Source: a virus | Virus record (IMG/VR): IMGVR_UViG_3300010354_000053 | Coordinates: 40,758 to 104,757 of that record | Strand: one strand, 5' to 3' | Length of the DNA: 64,000 nt | Part shown: positions 56,565 to 64,000 of the stretch, in pieces | Numbering within the stretch: the first letter of the stretch is position 1 | How the letters are laid out: each line of letters begins with the position of its first letter | Notes under the pieces: generated by a model | Told to the model about the DNA's origin: nothing | The model's input: the letters and a program-made list of their open reading frames with translations, nothing else | Databases searched by the model: none | Position numbers and translations under genes: made by a program

Positions 56565-57326
56565 ATGGCTGATTACAATTCCAGTTTACCTATTAGAACC
56601 GAAGGCGATCCTCAGGAGAAAGTGCAGTCTAAGATTGTAGACTTTACTGACCCCTCAAAAGGCCAGATTGTTGATACAGATGGCAATGCTCATGTAGAAA
56701 TGCACGGCAATGATCCATCATCAACAGATCAAGTTCTTAGACTAAGTGAGCTTGGCGCTCTTACACCGGACGGCGTTTATCATGCTGCTGATAATAGCAA
56801 ACCTGGTAACGTTGGTCTTATTGCTAGCCAACGAGACGCTTCTCCTAGTGATTCTACGCAAACAGAAAGACTAACATCTGTAACTAATGGATCTAAACGC
56901 CTTCTTGACGTTTCTATCCATGACGAAAACGGACAGGTTTTCTCAGCATCCAACCCTCTTCCTGTTACCTCAGTAGATTCTGAAGGTGATGAAGTAAATG
57001 CATTTGATAGCGCAGCTTCTGTTGCAGCTGGTTCTTCTGCAGATATCGAATATGTAGTCTCTGCTGGTAAACTACTTAAATTATCACAAATTCATGTTTC
57101 GGCATCTGGAAAAGTTAAGGCAGAAATTAAAGTAGAATCTGCTGCTGGCTCAGGAACGTTTGCAACGAAATTTGTAATGTTCAATTCATCTGCAAATCCT
57201 AATATTCTTGCTAGCGTTTTTGAAAACGTTTCAGTTGCCGCCGGCGCCAAAGTTCGCGTTACAATTACTAATAGAGATACTTCTCCTATGGATTTGTACT
57301 GCACAATCTGTGGCCACGAAATTTAA
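56565..57326 (+). CDS. Probable virion structural protein
   Basis: Ser/Ala/Thr-rich, NPLPVT motif, AGGAG RBS, downstream hairpin. Confidence 0.6.
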   Translation: MADYNSSLPIRTEGDPQEKVQSKIVDFTDPSKGQIVDTDGNAHVEMHGNDPSSTDQVLRLSELGALTPDGVYHAADNSKPGNVGLIASQRDASPSDSTQTERLTSVTNGSKRLLDVSIHDENGQVFSASNPLPVTSVDSEGDEVNAFDSAASVAAGSSADIEYVVSAGKLLKLSQIHVSASGKVKAEIKVESAAGSGTFATKFVMFNSSANPNILASVFENVSVAAGAKVRVTITNRDTSPMDLYCTICGHEI

Positions 57327-57410
57327 TAGTCATTAATTTTCAATTAATGCAAAAAGTAGTAGCCGAGGAGAAATCACTCGGCTATAACTTTATTGAAGGG
57401 TTTTAATTCG

Positions 57411-57797
57411 ATGGGTGATTTAAATTCTCTAGAATCTTCCGATACCATAAAAATTGCCGGCGCCGCCGCCTCCGGCCAAGAAACTAATTTTGTTAATGCT
57501 TCTCCAAATGGCGATTTACAAACCACAGATATTATGAATACCGCTGCAGTTGGCGGTGTTATTTCCCTCACGTCTACCCCCGTACCGCTGCGCATCAATA
57601 TTTCTAATTTAGAAAACAGAAAATATATAATTCTTCAGGGGTTAACTAATTCTGTTGTCTGGGGTTTTTCAGAATCAAGTCAGCCGTTTGATATCTTTAA
57701 AAACCAATTTGTAATGTTGCCCTGCGGGTCAAACATTACTCTTTACGCTAAAGTTATAACAGGAACGGGACAGATTTCTGTTGGAGAACTTAGCTAA
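57411..57797 (+). CDS. Probable virion structural protein
   Basis: Beta-rich; start uncertain. Confidence 0.5.
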   Translation: MGDLNSLESSDTIKIAGAAASGQETNFVNASPNGDLQTTDIMNTAAVGGVISLTSTPVPLRINISNLENRKYIILQGLTNSVVWGFSESSQPFDIFKNQFVMLPCGSNITLYAKVITGTGQISVGELS

Positions 57798-58354
57798 TGC
57801 CAGCTCCGTTTATAACATATGCGATAAATCCCAGTTTGTTTAATACAACTGAGCAATCGCTTATCTATATAACAGAAGAAGATGCAAATTCTGGAAGAAT
57901 TGATATCACTTATTTTAATGATATCACTCCGTTATTTTTGACTCTAGATAGGTTATGCCTAGTTCAAGGCATTGATTATGAAATAATTAAAGAAAATTCT
58001 TCGACATTCATTCAATTTATGAATGAGGTAGCGCCTTCCGGTATCTCCGCATTAGAAGCTGGAGAAGTTCTTACCTTCGTATATAATTCTGTGGCAACAG
58101 AATCCAATACACGGCAGCTGCAATATATTCTTACGCCTGAGCAATGTGCCGAAAATAGAATTGATGTCACCCAAGATGGGAATTTTTCTATTTTGATGTT
58201 AGCTCTAGATAGAGTTTGTTTGGCACAAAATATAGACTATGAATTACAGATTCTAGGTTCTAGAAAGTACCTTTATTTTATAAATGATCTTGCTCAGAGC
58301 GGAAATCAAGCGGTAGAACCTGGAGAAGTTATTACCATAGTTGTAAAAGATTAA
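57797..58354 (+). CDS. Structural protein made of two tandem copies of an ~85-aa module
   Basis: RIDIT...LDRLCLVQGIDYEI...SG..ALEAGEV and RIDVT...LDRVCLAQNIDYEL...SG..AVEPGEV. Confidence 0.65.
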   Translation: MPAPFITYAINPSLFNTTEQSLIYITEEDANSGRIDITYFNDITPLFLTLDRLCLVQGIDYEIIKENSSTFIQFMNEVAPSGISALEAGEVLTFVYNSVATESNTRQLQYILTPEQCAENRIDVTQDGNFSILMLALDRVCLAQNIDYELQILGSRKYLYFINDLAQSGNQAVEPGEVITIVVKD

Positions 58355-58396
58355 TCACAATTAATTATTATGATATTATAACTAATAATTAATTGC

Positions 58397-58744
58397 ATGT
58401 GGGCTAATAATATGGAAAACAATTCTGTTAACAACTTGGTTCTTGCAGAAAAAATTTCTAATATTTCCGGAAAAATCAATAACATTGATGAACAATTATT
58501 TAAAATTAATGAAACAATAAATACATTAGCAATTCTTGGCGTAAAACAAAATACTATTCTTGAGCAACAAGAAAAAATTCTAGAACAGAATACCGAGTCG
58601 TTAAAAGAACATATGCGCCGTACTGATTTGTTAGAGAGAGATACTCTTCAATTTAAATCAGTAATTGGATTTATCAAATGGGGTGTCGGCATTCTTGTTT
58701 CAGGCGGTGTGGCCCTTGTTATAAAATTCTTTTTCGGTGTTTAA
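58397..58744 (+). CDS. Coiled-coil membrane protein (XhlA/holin-like topology)
   Basis: N-terminal heptads, single C-terminal TM helix. Confidence 0.5.
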   Translation: MWANNMENNSVNNLVLAEKISNISGKINNIDEQLFKINETINTLAILGVKQNTILEQQEKILEQNTESLKEHMRRTDLLERDTLQFKSVIGFIKWGVGILVSGGVALVIKFFFGV

Positions 58745-59587
58745 ATGACTATCACCATAGATTCTACATTTCCTCATTACTCTAATACTGATGATAATCA
58801 GTTTGTAGAAATCGAAGGTAGTTTTAAACGTTTTAAAGAAATGGTCACGCCTAGCGATGTTTTACAGTTTGGTCTTGTGGGAATACCAAAAGTATTTCCA
58901 ATGACTAATGAACAAATTACTGAAGAATACGTTGGTTTTCATTTGCAGGCTGCGATTTCTCAATTAGAAATGCAGGGCATGATTCTTAGCCCAATCATTA
59001 CTTATATGATTGAAGACTTCAATGACGAAGGTTTAGGAGGAACTCGTTTCTTCCCAATGTTGCCTAAGAAGTACCCACTAAGAAAAATTGAATATATTGA
59101 ATTGCGGTTCCCTAACGGCACACGCGATCCTTCTACTCTTGTTTATAGGATTCCAGACTCTTGGATTAGTTGGGAACCTAATATCAGCAAAGTAAATGTG
59201 ATCGCTACTACGGGTGTTTTAGCACCAACTGTCGTACAGGGAAGCGCAAACATTCCAATGTTTAATCTCTCGCTCACATCCTATCGGCCTTCTGGCATCC
59301 GCATGGCTTATCAAGCAGGCTTTGATCAAGATAAACTGCCTATAGTTGTGTGGCAGCTTATTTTGGATCTAACAACATACAATATGTTGTCCGAACTAGG
59401 GCCGCTGTTGTTTCCAACAACAGGAATTACTGTAAGTATGGATAGCCTTTCGCAATCTGGTCAGCTACCTGGTCCTCGAATCTTTGAGGCTCGGTTAAAT
59501 TCGCTACTTATGCGAATCGAAAAGAACAAACAGCTGATTGCCGGCTACTACGGAAAACAGATTACCTGCGAGTTTGCGGGGATTTAA
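58745..59587 (+). CDS. Probable head-tail adaptor/neck protein
   Basis: L.AAIS.LE, Y.AGF....LP, G..S.D..SQS pattern of myovirus head-completion proteins. Confidence 0.55.
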   Translation: MTITIDSTFPHYSNTDDNQFVEIEGSFKRFKEMVTPSDVLQFGLVGIPKVFPMTNEQITEEYVGFHLQAAISQLEMQGMILSPIITYMIEDFNDEGLGGTRFFPMLPKKYPLRKIEYIELRFPNGTRDPSTLVYRIPDSWISWEPNISKVNVIATTGVLAPTVVQGSANIPMFNLSLTSYRPSGIRMAYQAGFDQDKLPIVVWQLILDLTTYNMLSELGPLLFPTTGITVSMDSLSQSGQLPGPRIFEARLNSLLMRIEKNKQLIAGYYGKQITCEFAGI

Positions 59588-60057
59588 TGTTCATTATATA
59601 TACGGATGGATCATCTTCTCAAGGGCATCATAACTCTTGGACGGGCGGGTACGCATTTATCATATTAAAAGAAGATGGCAGTACCCTCACGGAGGGTACG
59701 GGTCATCATGAGCACGCTACGAACAACCGTATGGAAATAGTCGCGGTCCTTGAAGCTCTTAAATGTCTACCTAAAAATAGCTCTGTCGTTATTAAAACAG
59801 ATAGTCAATATCTTATAAGAGCATTTACAAATAAATGGGTAGAACGTTGGGAAAAGAACGAGTGGAAGACTTGCAATGGCAAACCGGCGCGTAATAAAGA
59901 TTTATGGCAACAACTCTTACCTCTTGTTAAATCCCAAAATGTAAGCTGGGAATGGGTCAAAGGCCACAGTGGCGTGTACCATAACGAGTACGTTGACCTG
60001 CGAGCTAAGGAGTCGCGTACAAATGGCCACAAATCAAAACGAAAACGAGTTGGTTGA
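59587..60057 (+). CDS. rnhA: Ribonuclease HI
   Basis: YTDGS, TNNRMEI.A..EAL, TDSQY, NKDLW, WVKGHSG...NEYVD. Confidence 0.95.
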   Translation: MFIIYTDGSSSQGHHNSWTGGYAFIILKEDGSTLTEGTGHHEHATNNRMEIVAVLEALKCLPKNSSVVIKTDSQYLIRAFTNKWVERWEKNEWKTCNGKPARNKDLWQQLLPLVKSQNVSWEWVKGHSGVYHNEYVDLRAKESRTNGHKSKRKRVG

Positions 60058-60244
60058 ACTAACTATTTATTCTCCAGACCCCATAAAAAATGGGGATGAT
60101 CTAAATTATAATCACATCTACGCCTCAATCGAAGAATGCATTTCAAATTATGAAATGTTGGGAATAAACGAAGTATATAAATATAGCGTGTGGATTGTTC
60201 AGTCTGAAATAATTCGGCTGCCCAAGGACGGCAGCTGTGGATAA
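60023..60244 (+). CDS. Hypothetical protein
   Basis: ATG at 60023 after AAGGAG RBS. Confidence 0.5.
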   Translation: MATNQNENELVELTIYSPDPIKNGDDLNYNHIYASIEECISNYEMLGINEVYKYSVWIVQSEIIRLPKDGSCG

Positions 60245-60551
60245 ATATAATATAGTCTTTTTGCAAGACTCTCTAAATTTAAATTACAATCAAATACTTT
60301 TGGTTAAAAACTATCCAAAGGGCCGGAACGACGATGATGTTCGAGAAACTCTTACTAAAAGAGTATGTTTTGCACAAAAAGCTCCAGAGTATGCATATCT
60401 TTTTACAAAAGATACAACATTGTCTATAGAAGAAGGAATTTCTTTACTAGCAAAAATGGAAGATGCGGTGTATTTTCAAAATTGGAATACGCCAACAAAA
60501 AATCGGTATTCGGTTAAATTATTTATTAAATTTTGCATGGAGCTATTATGA
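60237..60551 (+). CDS. Hypothetical protein
   Basis: ORF in operon. Confidence 0.45.
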   Translation: MDKYNIVFLQDSLNLNYNQILLVKNYPKGRNDDDVRETLTKRVCFAQKAPEYAYLFTKDTTLSIEEGISLLAKMEDAVYFQNWNTPTKNRYSVKLFIKFCMELL

Positions 60552-60775
60552 AAAATAATAAAAGATATGAAAATAATCAAGAGGACACATTTATGATGAA
60601 AACAACAATCATAATTGAACACCGAAATTTAAATAATCAAACTACTGAAAAATACACTGCAGAAAACTATAACGAATCTCTTCACGAACTCATTCGTTGT
60701 TTTGAACAAACATTGCGTGGCGCGGGTTTTCTTTTTGATGGTACATTGCAGATTATAGACGAAAAAGAAATTTAA
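60533..60775 (+). CDS. Hypothetical protein
   Basis: L.ELI..FE..LRGAGF.F.G.L pattern common in small phage proteins. Confidence 0.5.
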   Translation: MHGAIMKNNKRYENNQEDTFMMKTTIIIEHRNLNNQTTEKYTAENYNESLHELIRCFEQTLRGAGFLFDGTLQIIDEKEI

Positions 60776-60776
60776 A

Positions 60777-61832
60777 GTGAAAAGAATAAGTAAGGTGGAA
60801 AGAATGAGTGCAGATTTACTGATTGGAGCCCCAGACTTATTTAAAGAATATCTTCAGTCTAACCCCTATTTATTTGAGGCGGGGGCTAGTAAATCTATTA
60901 AAATGCACGAACTCATGCCGTATAACAAAACTGGGATTTTACCAGAACTAGAGCTACAGATTAGGCAACTCCATAAGAAGTATCATCCGAATATAATCAC
61001 GCCAAGCACTAAAATCGTTGTGTCAAATGGCGCAACACATATGTTAATGGCTCTACTCGGCTTGGCCGCCGATTCTTATTCTTCTGTTTATGTGCCAAAA
61101 CCATATTGGTTTAGAATTCCAGATATGGCAAAAATGCAGCATGCTAATATTACAGATCAGATTCAAACAGAAAGTCAAGTGCAACTAATTACATATCCAA
61201 ATAATCCCGATGGAAAAATTTTAAGTAATTTTGGAAGTTGGCCAAACGTATGGTATGACGCTGTTTATCACTGGCCATGGTATTTCAGAAGTCAATCAGA
61301 TTGGGAAAATAATCCGCTTCCTTCAATACCAGAAATTGCTATCTTTAGCCTCTCAAAATGCACAGGGCATTGTGGCTCTCGAATTGGATGGGCGCTAATT
61401 AATAGCGATCATCATTTAGCTAACTATTTAAATTCGTATGTTGAATATGATACGAGCGGAGTGTCAGTAGAGGCTCAGGCTCGTGCCGCAACGGTATTAG
61501 AAGTGTTTATGGCAAAAGATATCGGAAGTGAATATAAAAAACTTTTAGATGCAAGAAAAGATGAGCTACGCGAAGTGTTAAAAAAATTTTCCGATATTCA
61601 TGGAATAGAATTCAGTAATAAAAATTTTATGATTGATAATGGTATGTTCGGTTGGATTAACGATGAACACAATGCATTTTTGTATTCTGAAATCAATTTC
61701 ATGGACGGTCGAAAATGTGGGGCCGATAAAAAAGGGTTTTTACGTATAAACCTATGCGCCTCGTCAGAAAATTGGAATGAGGCTATGTTTAGATTAAACA
61801 TGTACCTATTTAATTTATGTGAGTCAATATGA
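60777..61832 (+). CDS. PLP-dependent enzyme, alliinase/tryptophan aminotransferase (TAA1/TAR)-like
   Basis: ITYPNNPDG, YDAVYHWPWY, FSLSKCTGHCGSRIGWALI (PLP lysine), GVSVEAQ.RAA.VL, G.KCGADKK.FLRINL. Confidence 0.85.
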   Translation: MKRISKVERMSADLLIGAPDLFKEYLQSNPYLFEAGASKSIKMHELMPYNKTGILPELELQIRQLHKKYHPNIITPSTKIVVSNGATHMLMALLGLAADSYSSVYVPKPYWFRIPDMAKMQHANITDQIQTESQVQLITYPNNPDGKILSNFGSWPNVWYDAVYHWPWYFRSQSDWENNPLPSIPEIAIFSLSKCTGHCGSRIGWALINSDHHLANYLNSYVEYDTSGVSVEAQARAATVLEVFMAKDIGSEYKKLLDARKDELREVLKKFSDIHGIEFSNKNFMIDNGMFGWINDEHNAFLYSEINFMDGRKCGADKKGFLRINLCASSENWNEAMFRLNMYLFNLCESI

Positions 61833-61892
61833 CAGATATTTTTGCCGTATTTATGATTCTTGTAATAGCGGTAATATTGCGGGAGATTTTTC

Positions 61893-62180
61893 GTGAATCT
61901 CTATAAGAGAAAAGCGGTGAGGCTACGTCAAAACATGGCACGTGGTGTGTTGTTTTCTATGTTTGGCGATCCGGACTTGCCCGAAAGTCAAATGGAAGAA
62001 CTATTTCGCATATACAGAGCATGTACATCATTCACGATCATTAAATATTTGTATCGTCATGGATATATAACCAGAGGCAAATGTGCCAGTATGATTGGTT
62101 GTTCCTTGAACGAATTGCATGTTTTTTATGGCAAATATTTATATGAGGAACAAAGCTATGAAAGCTATTTTGGAGTTTAA
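61893..62180 (+). CDS. HTH protein, UPF0175-like
   Basis: LYRHGYITRGKCASMIGCS.NE. Confidence 0.45.
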   Translation: MNLYKRKAVRLRQNMARGVLFSMFGDPDLPESQMEELFRIYRACTSFTIIKYLYRHGYITRGKCASMIGCSLNELHVFYGKYLYEEQSYESYFGV

Positions 62181-62403
62181 TCTTCCGGAAGACAACGATG
62201 AATATATATTAACAACTCGTGCCAGAAATCTTTATATTTCGCTATATGATATAAGTCAAAAAATCCGAGCATTTGATAAATATGACATGGGAATTGAGCC
62301 GCCAGAAGAAGGACAGGATTTTAACGAATGGGCTCAAAAAATGTCTAAGATGGTAGAAGAAATTTGGAAAGAATGCAATAACGCAACATCTGACATTCAT
62401 TAA
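62158..62403 (+). CDS. Hypothetical phage protein
   Basis: MKAILEFNLPED N-terminus common in phage small proteins. Confidence 0.55.
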   Translation: MKAILEFNLPEDNDEYILTTRARNLYISLYDISQKIRAFDKYDMGIEPPEEGQDFNEWAQKMSKMVEEIWKECNNATSDIH

Positions 62404-62417
62404 TTTTAGAGATTCAT

Positions 62418-62672
62418 ATGTCTTTTGCAGATAAACATTATTACAAAATATTTAATATCAGATATGCATCAGAAGACTATCTTGAAACTGTAGGAATGAG
62501 TCAGTTTCCAACTAATGACGAAATTTTTCAAGCAATTAAACCTCATTTAAGGTATTACACCGACCCGAGCGATTACAGGATTGAACGTGTTGACGATAAA
62601 TGGTTTAAGCCTATTATAAATATTTATGATTTACAAAATAACGGAACTATATTTCTTCGAGTGAGTCCATGA
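62418..62672 (+). CDS. Hypothetical protein
   Basis: 84-aa ORF. Confidence 0.45.
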   Translation: MSFADKHYYKIFNIRYASEDYLETVGMSQFPTNDEIFQAIKPHLRYYTDPSDYRIERVDDKWFKPIINIYDLQNNGTIFLRVSP

Positions 62673-62872
62673 GAATACATATGTTTTGCACTCTATGCGT
62701 TGATACTCAAAAAACAAATTATGAAATTTCTGTGAGTTTTACTCACTGGAATTGGTATGTTCGTCGTGGAGAATGCCTCAAGATATATGCACTAGGCCCA
62801 CTAAGCGTTGTCGTTTACGATAATGAAATGATCGGCAAAAAAACTGCCAAAATTTTAGATATAAAGGAGTGA
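62669..62872 (+). CDS. Hypothetical protein
   Basis: 67-aa ORF, ATGA overlap. Confidence 0.45.
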   Translation: MRIHMFCTLCVDTQKTNYEISVSFTHWNWYVRRGECLKIYALGPLSVVVYDNEMIGKKTAKILDIKE

Positions 62873-63177
62873 GTATGCCATTAGTTGCGGCAAAATTAAA
62901 AGCAGCCATGAAGGCACGCCTGCTACAGTCTTTTCAATCACAATTTCAAGGCGACCAAGCAGAAAATAAAACTGCTGCTGCATCTTGGGAAAAGATGGCC
63001 ACCGCTATTTCTGAAATTGCAGAAGATATTGTTCTTGCGTTGCAAACAGATGCAGAAATTCTTCCCGGTATTGCAGTTACAGTTAATCCAGGTATTCCAA
63101 CAGCAGGCTCTCCCGCTAGTCAAGTCACTGTTGGTCCTGGTACTGGTATGACAACCGCACCCGCAAAAATTACATGA
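62869..63177 (+). CDS. Small structural protein (baseplate/spike-associated type)
   Basis: Helical N-terminus and PGI.V...TAGSPASQ...GTG C-terminus. Confidence 0.45.
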   Translation: MSMPLVAAKLKAAMKARLLQSFQSQFQGDQAENKTAAASWEKMATAISEIAEDIVLALQTDAEILPGIAVTVNPGIPTAGSPASQVTVGPGTGMTTAPAKIT

Positions 63178-63333
63178 GGCACAAATGCTAGATTTTTTTG
63201 GTAAAAAGAAAAAAGAAATTGAAGTTTTAAACAAAATTATTGCTCATTTGTCTCTTCTTTTGATTCAAAAAGGAGTAAGTCCAGCAAAAGTGGAAGAGAC
63301 TATTAAACTTGTGAGAGATGCGAAAGAATCTAA

Positions 63334-63699
63334 ATGAAAATTGATGGCAATAAAATAGACTACGCAGTTGTGCAATATTTAGAATTCAAACAAAATCATC
63401 CAGATTTGTACAAAAAACATATAAATGGTGCCGGTCCAGAAAAATTTGGTAGTCTTGTCCGTGATAAGTGGTTTTTTGGATTTTCAGTAACGCTCGGCGC
63501 TAATGTTCATGACTATTTATATAGTGTTTATTCGGATGAATCAGAGTTTTCGCGTGATGATGCCGATAATATTTTTCTAGAACTCATGAAAAAAAATTTG
63601 GCTCAGCATAAATGGTACTCAAGGGTGGCAAATACACCAATTATTTATTCATATTGGGCTGCAGTTAGGATGTTTGGCGGCACTTTTTGGAAAAAATAA
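63334..63699 (+). CDS. DUF1353/phospholipase A2-like protein
   Basis: NGAG...VHDYLY...R.DAD.IF...M...YWAAVRMFG. Confidence 0.65.
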   Translation: MKIDGNKIDYAVVQYLEFKQNHPDLYKKHINGAGPEKFGSLVRDKWFFGFSVTLGANVHDYLYSVYSDESEFSRDDADNIFLELMKKNLAQHKWYSRVANTPIIYSYWAAVRMFGGTFWKK

Positions 63700-63963
63700 A
63701 TGATTCCAAAACAAATCAAAGAGCAACAAATGCATTTCATTGCTAAAATGATGAACGAGCAAAATGTTCCTGCGTCGTTTATATCTGAATTGATAATTTA
63801 CGCAATGAATTACGATCATTTTTATGATCTTGCTCGCGCTTGGGTTTGTGAACCAGACTTAAATCAAAAATTAAGAATTATAGAAATACTTAACGATACA
63901 TTCTTGTCAATAAAAACAGATGCAAATCTTTACTTAGCATTGAAAAATAACAATATCTTGTGA
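63700..63963 (+). CDS. Hypothetical protein
   Basis: 87-aa ORF. Confidence 0.45.
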   Translation: MIPKQIKEQQMHFIAKMMNEQNVPASFISELIIYAMNYDHFYDLARAWVCEPDLNQKLRIIEILNDTFLSIKTDANLYLALKNNNIL

Positions 63964-64000
63964 GTAGTCATTTATTTACATTTATTTATAGATAGTTATA

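Noticed and set aside
1-64000. Alternative genetic code, tRNA genes, CRISPR arrays, integrase or reverse transcriptase
   Set aside because: Standard-code ORFs tile the window with TAA, TAG and TGA all used as stops; no cloverleaf, spaced direct repeats, integrase or RT motifs were recognised by eye. A tRNAscan/CRISPR tool run would be needed to exclude them formally

Overview
A 64-kb, AT-rich, densely coding segment of a large myovirus genome read in the standard genetic code. All calls come from visual motif recognition, not database searches. The virion core resembles the SPO1/phage K type (major capsid protein, portal, prohead protease, terminase, 950-aa tail sheath), but these genes are scattered over both strands among replication and recombination genes (DnaB-like helicase, primase, RecA, gp32-like SSB, SbcCD-like nuclease, RNase H, an apparent stand-alone DnaE C-terminal piece), nucleotide metabolism genes (NrdAB, dCMP deaminase, IMPDH/GMP reductase), a GroEL and a ClpP-like protease. 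A holin, M15 endolysin and probable spanin at the left edge suggest a diderm host. The strongest system-level signal is a putative thymidine (5hmdU) hypermodification pathway at about 1.3-6.5 kb: dCMP deaminase, P-loop kinase, amino acid:DNA transferase (aGPT-Pplase2) and FAD oxidoreductase, flanked by an amidoligase and an LMW phosphatase. A second component (aGPT-Pplase1/HMUDK helical family) is translationally coupled between the presumed small and the large terminase genes. The window also encodes a full-length PLP enzyme that is colinear with plant TAA1/alliinase. No tRNA, rRNA or CRISPR array was recognised.
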